Shown here: one piece after another, positions 19,728 through 29,300 of the stretch
How the letters are laid out: every line of letters starts with the position of its first letter
How positions within the stretch are numbered: the stretch's first letter is position 1
Assembly (NCBI RefSeq): GCF_008000775.2
Contig: NZ_CP042905.2
Location: 4,050,001 to 4,082,000 of the forward strand
Length of the DNA: 32,000 bases
From: Promethearchaeum syntrophicum
GTDB taxonomy: Archaea > Asgardarchaeota > Lokiarchaeia > Sigyniarchaeales > Promethearchaeaceae
Direction: 5' to 3'
Position numbers and translations under genes: made by a program
The notes under the pieces: generated by a model
The model's input: only the letters and a program-made list of their open reading frames with translations
Told to the model about the DNA's origin: nothing
Databases searched by the model: none

Positions 19728-19913
19728 TTATAAAAAATATAACTGGGTATCTTCTGGATTTTCGGGATCGGAAATGCGAATAGTTACAAAATATGGGCTA
19801 TCTGGTTCCATAAATTTAAGTAAATTTTGCACGGTGGGATTTTCATATAAGATTTCGGGGCTGAGATCTTGAACTGGTTCGTTTTTAGCGTCTTCATTTT
19901 TTTGATCTTTCAT
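19728..19913 (-). CDS. Small acidic protein (61 aa) immediately upstream of the giant RuvC gene
   Basis: ORF MKDQKNEDAKNEPVQDLSPEILYENPTVQNLLKFMEPDSPYFVTIRISDPENPEDTQLYFL; ATG start, tight spacing with both neighbours, same strand. Confidence 0.6.
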   Translation of the reverse strand: MKDQKNEDAKNEPVQDLSPEILYENPTVQNLLKFMEPDSPYFVTIRISDPENPEDTQLYFL

Positions 19914-19940
19914 GTTTTTTTCATCTTGTTTTTTTTTTGA

Positions 19941-22223
19941 TTATTTTAGACTCACTCTTTTCCCGTTTCTGACCTTTTTAATCTCTACATTATGGCGGTT
20001 TTTTAAATGAGTTGAATGAGTTGAAAATTTTTTAACTATTTTCAAACTATCTTTTGTCACGATCGAAACTGTTACTTCTTTGTTCTCAGGCAATTGGAAA
20101 ATATTTCGAAATTTTTCGGATGTGAAATATTCCTGTAAAGATTTATTTTGAAATAGGTTGGAATTTTTAATATCCGAACTCAGTTTTTTGACCGCTCGTA
20201 AATAATCCGCTCTTTTGTAGTCAAAATTACGAACAATCGTCGGGAAATTGGTCACGTATAAATTATGGTTTTTAAAATAATGTGAAACAAACGGCAAACT
20301 CTGTCTTACCATGAACTGTTTGCGATCTTTATCTGTAATGGGATTTTGAATGGCTAAGATTTTATCTTTTTTGGCGAAGGTATCCCAAGCTTCTCGCACA
20401 GTCATATCCACAAGATCGAATTTTTCAACATCTATCTCGAAATAATGCCCAAGTTCTTTGATTGAAAAGGACTTTTGGGTTCTATTTATTTTAACCCCGT
20501 AATATAATATTTCTGCATCGGGAACCACGAAATCAAGGGCGACTTTAACCATAGGCGATAGTAAAAAGGTTCTCATGGGCGTGTCAGAAAGAATGAAACC
20601 GGTTGGAACTTTCTTTTTTAATAAATCGGAGAGAATAGTAAGGAGTTGGGGGCGATAAATGTCTTCATTAAATGCTGCCGCTTTCCAAAGTCGCATAAAC
20701 CGATTAAGGCCGATAGGATATAAATTAGGAAAATCCATAGCAATTACACGCACTTCTCTGGAAAGAGTAACATTGCCTGCCATTAAATTCCGTAAATACA
20801 TTTTGCGATCGAATAACATATCGAAGAAATTATTATCGCTTACCAATGCGTGTTTATATAATCCATTACCAAATTTTTCCCAAATCTTTTTAATTGCAGG
20901 ATCGGATATGTTCCAAATGTCCCGATATGCGCCCTTAACAGCGATTCCAAGACCATAAGCCACGATTGCGAAGGGGATAAGTTCCATAAACTGCGGAATT
21001 TCGAAGAAATATAGCGACTTCATGCGAATATCTCCAGGCATTGGAATGGCTTTTTGGAGCCTTTTTAGTTTATAATCGAGCTTTCTCTGATATCGATCCC
21101 TTTCATTTTCGATTCGTTTTATTTGCACTTTGATTTGTTTTATTTTCTTATCCACACGCGCAATTTCGGTATCGGCACGCGCTACCATATATACTAAATC
21201 CTTTAGTTCTTCGGTGGCATTTTTACGCTTTTTTGCTCGCTCTCTTATTTTTCGTTCTTTTTCTTTTCGCCTTTGTTCTTCTATTTTTTTATTTCGGGCG
21301 ATATTATCGTCAAGTTGATTCATCCAATCGCTTTTTCTCTGGCGGGATTTTTTTCTTTGGGCTTCAATTTCTGCAATTTCGGCCCAGCGTTTTATTTCTT
21401 GGAGGTGCCTTTCTTCTTTTAGTAGTTTTTCTTCCTCAGCACGGATCCGTAAAAATTCATTAAAATGTAATTCTGTTTTTTCCAAAACTTTTATCCAATT
21501 AATATCTTGATGTTTCACCAACCATTCCGCCCATTCTTCGATACTGATTATGGATTCAGGTTCCGCTGCTTGTTTTTTAGTTGTGGGCCAAATTTTAAAT
21601 CTGATTTTTGCCTTTCTAAAATAATGAATTGCAATCGGAACTTCGTTTTCACCTTCTAATTGCCAATATGTATAAGGTTTAAGAACAATTTTATTCCATC
21701 CATGCAGTGATCTTAAATTAAAATTGGCAAACAGGCTCGTTCCCATTTCCTTTTGCATTTGGTGCAAGAAGGAATGGCTTAAATCATCTTCGTGTTCGAG
21801 ATAATAAGTAACTACCCATTTGGCAGGAAAAGTATAACCATCATACATGAAATTATTTCGATGTTCGAACTGCAATCGTTCTTCCGTCTGGAACATAACG
21901 GCCATGTCCTCAATCAATTTTATTTTTTCAATATCCATTTGATCGTGAAATATGTCCGCTTCATCGATGTTATTCTGGTTGTAATTGATCCGCTGCCTGC
22001 GATATTTTGATGTTGAATCACAATTATTTGACGGGATTTTATTGCGTTTATATCCTACGGCATAGGGAAATTTTTGTTGAGGGCGATCCAAAGCGAGCCA
22101 TTTTTCATCATCTTCAGAATTATCTTCTGCAATAGAAGGATCGAAGTCTTCTTGTTTCTCTTTAATGATGTTTTCCAGAACATATTTATCACGATAATTG
22201 TCGGGTTCGTTATCTTTTTCCAT
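19941..22223 (-). CDS. Uncharacterised ~760-aa protein with central highly charged coiled coil, co-directional with giant RuvC gene
   Basis: The ORF track gives 801 aa from 22346, but the internal ATG at 22221-22223 (MEKDNEPDNYRDKY) starts just after the stop of the upstream 108-aa ORF (22249) and is preceded by a GAGAGA-like purine stretch. Central KIEEQRRKEKERKIRERAKKRKN...KQIKVQIKRIENERDRYQRKLDYKLKRLQKA. Confidence 0.75.
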   Translation of the reverse strand: MEKDNEPDNYRDKYVLENIIKEKQEDFDPSIAEDNSEDDEKWLALDRPQQKFPYAVGYKRNKIPSNNCDSTSKYRRQRINYNQNNIDEADIFHDQMDIEKIKLIEDMAVMFQTEERLQFEHRNNFMYDGYTFPAKWVVTYYLEHEDDLSHSFLHQMQKEMGTSLFANFNLRSLHGWNKIVLKPYTYWQLEGENEVPIAIHYFRKAKIRFKIWPTTKKQAAEPESIISIEEWAEWLVKHQDINWIKVLEKTELHFNEFLRIRAEEEKLLKEERHLQEIKRWAEIAEIEAQRKKSRQRKSDWMNQLDDNIARNKKIEEQRRKEKERKIRERAKKRKNATEELKDLVYMVARADTEIARVDKKIKQIKVQIKRIENERDRYQRKLDYKLKRLQKAIPMPGDIRMKSLYFFEIPQFMELIPFAIVAYGLGIAVKGAYRDIWNISDPAIKKIWEKFGNGLYKHALVSDNNFFDMLFDRKMYLRNLMAGNVTLSREVRVIAMDFPNLYPIGLNRFMRLWKAAAFNEDIYRPQLLTILSDLLKKKVPTGFILSDTPMRTFLLSPMVKVALDFVVPDAEILYYGVKINRTQKSFSIKELGHYFEIDVEKFDLVDMTVREAWDTFAKKDKILAIQNPITDKDRKQFMVRQSLPFVSHYFKNHNLYVTNFPTIVRNFDYKRADYLRAVKKLSSDIKNSNLFQNKSLQEYFTSEKFRNIFQLPENKEVTVSIVTKDSLKIVKKFSTHSTHLKNRHNVEIKKVRNGKRVSLK

Positions 22224-22248
22224 TTTGATTTTCTCTCGATTATGTTTC

Positions 22249-22575
22249 TTATAATGGATTAAAAAAATCGATACTTTGCTGTATTTTTTCAATTTTGGTA
22301 GGTGTTTCTTGATTTTCATAAATTTCTTGTTCTTTGTTATTTTCATCTTTAATATTTCGGGCTCTTGTGAGTCTACTCATAAAATCAAATACAATTTTCC
22401 CATTTTCATCATTATCATCCCCCAATTTGCTTCTTATATGCTTTATGAGATCCAGAGCTTTATACATTGAATCTGGATCGTCAAATAATCTTTGATACCA
22501 GCGGGAAAATTTATGTTTATAACAATCCATATCTAAAAATGCCGAATTTCTGTGGAGTTTGTTTTCTTGTTCCAT
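22249..22575 (-). CDS. Uncharacterised 108-aa protein, first gene of the giant-RuvC cluster
   Basis: MEQENKLHRNSAFLDMDCYKHKFSRWYQRLFDDPDSMYKALDLIKHIRSKLGDDNDENGKIVFDFMSRLTRARN; ATG start, ends 25 nt before the probable start of the next gene. Confidence 0.6.
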   Translation of the reverse strand: MEQENKLHRNSAFLDMDCYKHKFSRWYQRLFDDPDSMYKALDLIKHIRSKLGDDNDENGKIVFDFMSRLTRARNIKDENNKEQEIYENQETPTKIEKIQQSIDFFNPL

Positions 22576-22814
22576 TTTTTTTTCTGTTCCTTTTTTGTTT
22601 ATTTTTCGCTTTTTTGCTCTATAATAATCACCGATTTAGCGGATCCTGAATACCACTGTTTTTCCAAAAAACTAAATTTCCCCCGATTTTTTTGAAAAAT
22701 GATTTATACTAATTATATTTGAGCTAAACAACCAATATAAATGTTAATGGGCTCAATGTATCCTATATTGACTGAATGTTCTCAATAGATAAGTTCATAT
22801 TTAAAGAATGTTCC

Positions 22815-22870
22815 GATAGAGTACTTTGGATCTCTATCGGGTACTTTGGATCTCTATCGGGTACTTTGAG
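22815..22870. repeat. Short tandem repeat, 20-nt unit GTACTTTGGATCTCTATCGG, 2.4 copies, preceded by an inverted half CCGATAGAG
   Basis: Copies at 22823-22842, 22843-22862 and partial GTACTTTG at 22863-22870. CCGATAGAG (22815-22823) is the perfect inverse complement of CTCTATCGG (22834-22842). Confidence 0.9.
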
Positions 22871-23276
22871 CCCAATATTTAAATGAACAATTGAAAAAAT
22901 TGAAGAATAAAGAGTATTTTGAAAATTCGTTAAAAATTTATCTCATATGGAACGTATATTAAACTAAATCCTTATTAATTAAATAATGTGAAGTAGTTTG
23001 TTATGATTTTGATTAAGCGTCCCCTGTTTTTTATAAGAATATTTGTCAATAGGAAAAAAACACAAATTCTGTTACATTGTTTGTAATATTAAATGGTGTA
23101 AAAAAATCTTCCTAAATAATGGTTTCTCGAAAGTCATAATACCCGAGACAATTTCGACTAAGTTTTACTAACTAACTATAAGATGATGGATAATTTTTTA
23201 AACATCATTTCTAAAATATTAATCAGAAAGAAACAAAGCATGTATTGAGTATTATTTTTTAAATTTTTGAAATGAG

Positions 23277-26200
23277 ATGTTAATGGTTATGAGCAAGGTA
23301 GATTTCCAAATTGGGCAAGTAGTTGATGCACGAAACCGACTCTGGAGGATAGAACGAATAATTACAAAAAAATCAGAGTTTGAAGAAGATGCAAATATAA
23401 ATCTATTAGAAGTATCGAGTATTGATGGAGTTCCAAGTCGGTGCAATTTATTATTAAATATAGTTAAAACATCTGAAGGCAAGGAAATTGTTGAAACAAT
23501 CGAAAATATCAAAGAAGCCAAAATTTTAAAACCAGATACTTCTAAATTAGGTAATCCCGATTTTCAAAAGGTTCTCATTCAAGCCATGCGTTATGACTTG
23601 ATTTTTGGAACTTCTAACTTTATAAGTTTAGCCAACAGTCGTGTGATTCCTGTTTCGTATCAGATGGTCCCAGTTCTAATGGCTATGGCTCAGGAAAAGG
23701 TTCGTCTTCTAATTGCAGATGATGTTGGGTTAGGTAAAACTATCGAAGCAGGTTTAATTATTCAAGAATTATTAGGAAGAAGAAAAATCAACCGTGTATT
23801 ATTTGCGGTCCCAGCTAACCTCAGAGAACAATGGCGGTCAATTATGCAAAGATTCTTTGGAATTGAAGCAAAAATTCTCTCAAGCCAAACAAGAAGAAAA
23901 TTGCAAAAAGAACTCTTGGTAGGCGGTGATCCTTGGGGTTATTACAATTTTCTGATTACTTCTCAAGATTATTTAAGTCGCCAGGAAATCCTTGAGAGAG
24001 CAATCCAGTTTAAATTTGATATGGTTGTTATTGATGAAGCCCATAATATTGCCAAACCTCGATATATGATGAGATCAGGGGGGAACAAAAAAAGCAAACG
24101 AAAAAATAAGATGGCAGTCAGTCTATCAAAATATCCACATTTGCTTTTACTGACAGCCACCCCGCATAATGGTTATCACGAAAGTTTTGCCAGTCTAATA
24201 CATTTATTAAATCCGGAATTGGTTGATGACAAAAACGATTGGGCAATTGATCCAGAAAATGCAAAACGGTTTATATGCCAGCGTCGTAAAGCTGATGTCA
24301 TGAAATGGATGGAAGATGATAAGAAAAGAAAATTATTCCCGACTGTCCATCGCATCGAAGAGTTTATTATACCTTCCGTTGAATTTAAGGAAGTAATTAA
24401 GTGTCTTGACCAATACAAAGACCTTGTGTTTAAATCTGCAAAAGAAGATGGAAAAGGAGTCCGTTTTATTAAGTTCTGGGGAGTATTACACATATATCGT
24501 CGTTTAATAAGTAGTCCCCAAGCTTTACTTAAGACAATTTATAACAAGATCAGAGACTCAAATGAAAAGACAGACACCTCAGGGAAGAAAATTAAACTTC
24601 GGGAAGAAGAAATCCAAGATATTTTAGAGAAAGTTCGTAGCAACGTGACTGATACCAATACAGATGAAAACCTTGAAGAATATGAAATAGACCGAAAAAA
24701 TGATTCTGAATTCGGGAGCGAAAAATTAGGACCTGATCTGATTAAAAAACTTAGTGAACTTGAGACACTCACAAAAAAATGTTTGGGACGTAAAAAAGAC
24801 CCCAAATTCAATTACTTCTATAATAATACTCTTCAGCAATTGTTAAATTTCAACAAAAAGATAATAATATTTACCCGTTATATTGATACAGCTGATTACA
24901 TCTGTTTGGAATTAACTAAAATTGTACAAAAGAAGTCCCTCATGAAAGGATTTGAAATCATCGGTGTTGTGGGTACAGATCCCATCCATGTAAGAGAAGA
25001 AAAATATAGAAAATTCCTTGGTCTTGAGAAAGGTATCATGGTGGCTACAGACTGCATGAGTGAAGGAATCGACTTGCAATATTCTTCCAACATCGTTGTA
25101 AATTATGAATTAACTTGGAATCCAAATCGATTGGAGCAACGAAATGGAAGGGTGGATCGGTTTGGACAGCCAGAGAAGGATGTATATCTTCGCACATTGA
25201 TCATTAAAGAATCACTTGAGTTAGCTATTTTGGATCTATTATATCGAAAAATAAAAAACATTGGTGGAGATATGGGGTATATTCCCAAATATTTTGGTAA
25301 TATGGATTTAATTGGAGATATTTTAAACGATTATTTTGAAGAAGAAGAGGAATTTCGATTTGTAAAAACTAAACACGGTGCTAAGCAGCTTACATTGGAT
25401 AATTATGGAGTGTTTGCAGATGAAATGAAAGAAATGCTTAGCAACCATGTTGATAATAATATGAATAATATTATTAGTGAAGACTCTTTTTACGGACAAA
25501 CTGTTTTTGATTTCTCAGATGTGCAAGAACGAATGGACGAGATGGAAAAATCTATAGGAAATATTAATGGATTATTACTTTTTCTTCAAAAATCACTTCC
25601 CTTTTTCGATTGTTCTATTGAGCCAATGAAAAAATCGAATTTTCCTCCCAATGCAGTATTTAAAATTACTCTCAGTGATACTCTCCTCGAGATTATGAAT
25701 AAAGATGAGATTACTGGCAATGAGTGCATTATTACAACGGACCCATATTTTGGTGCAAAACAACAGGATATTGAAACATTGAGTTTAAAATCCCCAGTGT
25801 TAAATTCAATCATTAGTATTGTTAAAGAAAAAGGATTTATCACGACTCATGATTTTTATGGTCGAACCGCTGCTGCATCGAGTGATTTAATATCTGAGTT
25901 GACAGCGGTGCTTTATTACAAAATTCGCTATTTAGTCTCCACAAAGGAACAAAGCATAATGGAAGAATTGCTACCAATTGGATTGAAAATCTATGAAGAT
26001 AAACCACTCCTTAAGCGTGAGAAAACGGAGAAATTATGGACCCAATATACGTCTGGAAAAACTTCAGATTATCCTGGAATTGCAAACCAAGTAAAACAAA
26101 ATATAAAAGATCTATTCGATAGATCAGATTTTGATTCTGTTATTAAAAATGCCATTAAGAGTAATCTGTGCGTTGTGGTTGACAATTCAAGGAATCTTAT

Positions 26201-26318
26201 GAAGAATTTGCAAGCAAAGAACTTGGTTGATCTTGAAGACTTGAAAGGAATGGATGACATTTCTATAATTTCCTATGATCCTATTAGTGTAACTCTCTTC
26301 TATCCAGGAGGTTATTAA
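23277..26318 (+). CDS. drmD: SNF2-family DEAD/DEAH helicase, DISARM DrmD-like
   Basis: 1013 aa; DDVGLGKTIEAGLIIQELLGRR (Walker A), VVIDEAHNIA (motif II), LLLTATPHNGY (III), MVATDCMSEGIDLQYSSNIVVNYELTWNPNRLEQRNGRVDRFGQ (V/VI). The drmD symbol rests on its position beside the methylase and second helicase. Confidence 0.75.
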   Translation: MLMVMSKVDFQIGQVVDARNRLWRIERIITKKSEFEEDANINLLEVSSIDGVPSRCNLLLNIVKTSEGKEIVETIENIKEAKILKPDTSKLGNPDFQKVLIQAMRYDLIFGTSNFISLANSRVIPVSYQMVPVLMAMAQEKVRLLIADDVGLGKTIEAGLIIQELLGRRKINRVLFAVPANLREQWRSIMQRFFGIEAKILSSQTRRKLQKELLVGGDPWGYYNFLITSQDYLSRQEILERAIQFKFDMVVIDEAHNIAKPRYMMRSGGNKKSKRKNKMAVSLSKYPHLLLLTATPHNGYHESFASLIHLLNPELVDDKNDWAIDPENAKRFICQRRKADVMKWMEDDKKRKLFPTVHRIEEFIIPSVEFKEVIKCLDQYKDLVFKSAKEDGKGVRFIKFWGVLHIYRRLISSPQALLKTIYNKIRDSNEKTDTSGKKIKLREEEIQDILEKVRSNVTDTNTDENLEEYEIDRKNDSEFGSEKLGPDLIKKLSELETLTKKCLGRKKDPKFNYFYNNTLQQLLNFNKKIIIFTRYIDTADYICLELTKIVQKKSLMKGFEIIGVVGTDPIHVREEKYRKFLGLEKGIMVATDCMSEGIDLQYSSNIVVNYELTWNPNRLEQRNGRVDRFGQPEKDVYLRTLIIKESLELAILDLLYRKIKNIGGDMGYIPKYFGNMDLIGDILNDYFEEEEEFRFVKTKHGAKQLTLDNYGVFADEMKEMLSNHVDNNMNNIISEDSFYGQTVFDFSDVQERMDEMEKSIGNINGLLLFLQKSLPFFDCSIEPMKKSNFPPNAVFKITLSDTLLEIMNKDEITGNECIITTDPYFGAKQQDIETLSLKSPVLNSIISIVKEKGFITTHDFYGRTAAASSDLISELTAVLYYKIRYLVSTKEQSIMEELLPIGLKIYEDKPLLKREKTEKLWTQYTSGKTSDYPGIANQVKQNIKDLFDRSDFDSVIKNAIKSNLCVVVDNSRNLMKNLQAKNLVDLEDLKGMDDISIISYDPISVTLFYPGGY

Positions 26319-26319
26319 A

Positions 26320-29300
26320 ATGGTAAAGATTTCCCCTTTGGAATATATCTCGTTAAGTGGTGGCTTATTTACAGAAAATTTGATTCTAAAAATTCGAGAT
26401 AAACCGGATACATATGAGGAAACTAGGTGGAGATCATTCGGAGAAAATTGGCAAGATGAAAAGAAGAAATATAAGGAAGTATGGGAATGGGCAAAACGAA
26501 GTTATGATATTTTTTCCAAAAATATTGATGATTGGTCAGTTGAGGAAAGGTTCAGTAAATGGATAAAGCCATTGCTTGAAAAATGCGGGCATATTCCAAA
26601 GATAAAAAAGAAAATTGATATTGACAGTTTATCGGAAGATGAGAAAGATAACATACTTAACAAAATTATTATATCCCATAAGTTTGAAAATACCCAAAAA
26701 GTCGTACTTCATTGTTGTATTGATAGTAATTTAGACGATAGAACAGAATCGAATTATCAAAAAAAATCCAATCATGATCATCTTCAACGATATATACTAC
26801 TCAAGGAAATGGTAAAATGGGGGTTTTTAACTAATGGTAAGAAATTTCGTATGTTGGGAGAATTTTCTAATATTTATTCCAAGGGCTATATCGAAATTGA
26901 CTTAGATTCCATCATAATTGGGCGTAATGAATCTGAATTCAAGGTTTTTTACATGTTAATTCATTCATCAAGGTTTAATGAAACCTATGGTCTTGATGTG
27001 TCAATCTGGATGAAAAAACAAGAGAAATTATGGCAAAGTTTATTAAAACAACATCAAAAAAATCCTAAAACCGTTTACATTGATGAAATTGCGATGTCCA
27101 AAGACACTTTAAAGATCTTTAAAACGTTTCTGGACGATCTTATAAAAAAAGCTCATAAATCTGGTTTAATGTCCATAAATTCATCAGAATCTGAGAATTT
27201 CATTAAATTACTTAAAGATTCTGATATAGAACTAAGTTCACATGGAAGAGAATTTTATTTAAAGATCTTTGAAAAAATTATCTCAGACATTAATGAAAAT
27301 AAATCTGCTTTTAATCGACTTCAAGATAGAAGTCAAACTGAAGGGGTTGAAGTCGGAAAAAAATTGAGAAAAAATGTCCACAATGCATTAGAATTGATGG
27401 GGGAAGATTTAATTCAATCAAATTCACATTTTTCTGAGGATATTGTCAAGGGAGATGTTGATATTAATGAATACTTTCGGGAACTTCTACGAATTGCCTA
27501 TAGGTTAATTTTTATTTTATACGCTGAAAGTAAAGATCTTCTACCTAGTGCGAATACAATATACCAATCAGAAATCGGATTAACCGAACTCAGAAAAAAG
27601 GCAGAATTACCAATACGAACCGATCAAAATAGAGATTTGTGGGAACGATTAAAAATATTATTTAACTTCATGTATGAAGGTAACACACCACTTGGGATTA
27701 ATGCCTTTGGAGGAGATTTATTTAATCCAGATAGAACTGTTATTATAACTGGTGATAAATATGGATTAGCACTAAACAATAGTACAATACTTTCGTTAAT
27801 CCGCGAGCTAACAATTGTGGAAATTGATGGGGCATTGCAACGAATAAATTATGTAGAGATTGGTGAAGAAGAAATAGGAGGTATTTATGAATCACTATTG
27901 GATTATATGCCCAGATATGTAAAGAAAGTCAGTCGAACTTACCATTTTATTTTAGAACCTATTGATACTGAAAGAAAAGGTTCAGGAACATATTATACTC
28001 CTAAAGGACTTATTGATATTATTTTAAAAACATCCCTAAAACCCATTGTTATAAACAAGCTTCATGGATTAAAAACTAAGAAAGAGAAATTAGATGCAAT
28101 TCTAAACCTAAAAATTTGTGATCCAGCTTGTGGAGGTGGATCTTTTTTACTGTCTGCTCTTGATTATTTGGGAAAAAAATATGCTCAAATTGAATCAAAT
28201 GAGGAATTTCCTTCTGAAGTTTTCTTAAGGTATGCTCGAAGAAATGTGTTACAGCATTGTATATATGGTGTAGATTTGAATCCAATGGCAATAGAACTTG
28301 CAAAAATATCTTTATGGCTTAAAGCATCAGTAAAAAATAGACCATTAACTTTTCTTGATAATCATTTGAAATTGGGAAATTCACTTATTGGTTTTTCAAA
28401 AAAAAAAGAAATAGGATCTATTCCGATTAAATCTTACAATATTGTGATAGGGGAAAAGAAGACAGGAATTCCCAATGAAAACAGAGAAAACCTGGATAAA
28501 GCAAGAGGTCGATTAAAAACTTTTAAAATATCTTCAGAAAAAGATACTAAAAAGACTATTCAAACTACCTTACTAGAACCTTTTGAAAAATCAGATAATT
28601 TAATTAAATCAGCAGAAAAAATATATGAAATGAATGAGGATAATTTATTAGAACAAAACAGGAAAATTGAATGTTATCTAAAATTAAAAAACACAAAGAG
28701 TTATATTAATTTAAATTTACAAGCTAATTTATGGACTAGTAGTTTTTTTTGGAATTTTCGTAAAAAATTTGTAGCTATTACACCAACTGATAAAGAAATA
28801 AATTATGCAAAGAAAGGTATTCTAAAGAATAATAGTGATATTGTTATCGAGGTGGAAAGACTTGCTAAAAATTATGGCTTTTTTAATTGGTTTTTAGAAT
28901 TTCCAGAAGTTTTTCAATCAGATAATTCAGGATTTGATTGTATATTGATGAATCCCCCTTGGGATGTTTTAGTCCTTCTTGAAAATGAATTCTTTGCAGG
29001 AAAATCTGATTATATAATAAATTCTCAGAATAGAGCAGAAAGGCAACTAAAAATTAAGGAATTAAAAGAAAAAAATCGAGAATTACATGATTTGTATGTT
29101 TCAGAATTTTCAAGAATTAAAAAAACCAGTCATTATTTCAAATTTTCTAAATTCTACGAAAAATCTTCTTATGGTTCTTTAAATCTTTTTGCACTATTTA
29201 TTGAAAGATCTTTATCACTTATTAACAAATCTGGTAATATTGGTACGATTGTACCTACCACACTGATCACTGGGGATAATTTGAAATCACTCTTTCAATA

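Noticed and set aside
20659-22262. Plus-strand ORFs antisense to the 760-aa gene
   Set aside because: Shadow ORFs, Phe/Leu-rich mirror of the Lys/Glu coiled coil; no motifs.
22815-22870. Possible mini-CRISPR array next to the RuvC effector cluster
   Set aside because: The 20-nt units are directly adjacent with no unique spacers and only 2.4 copies. No cas1, cas2 or other adaptation gene is in the window. It is a tandem repeat, not a CRISPR array.
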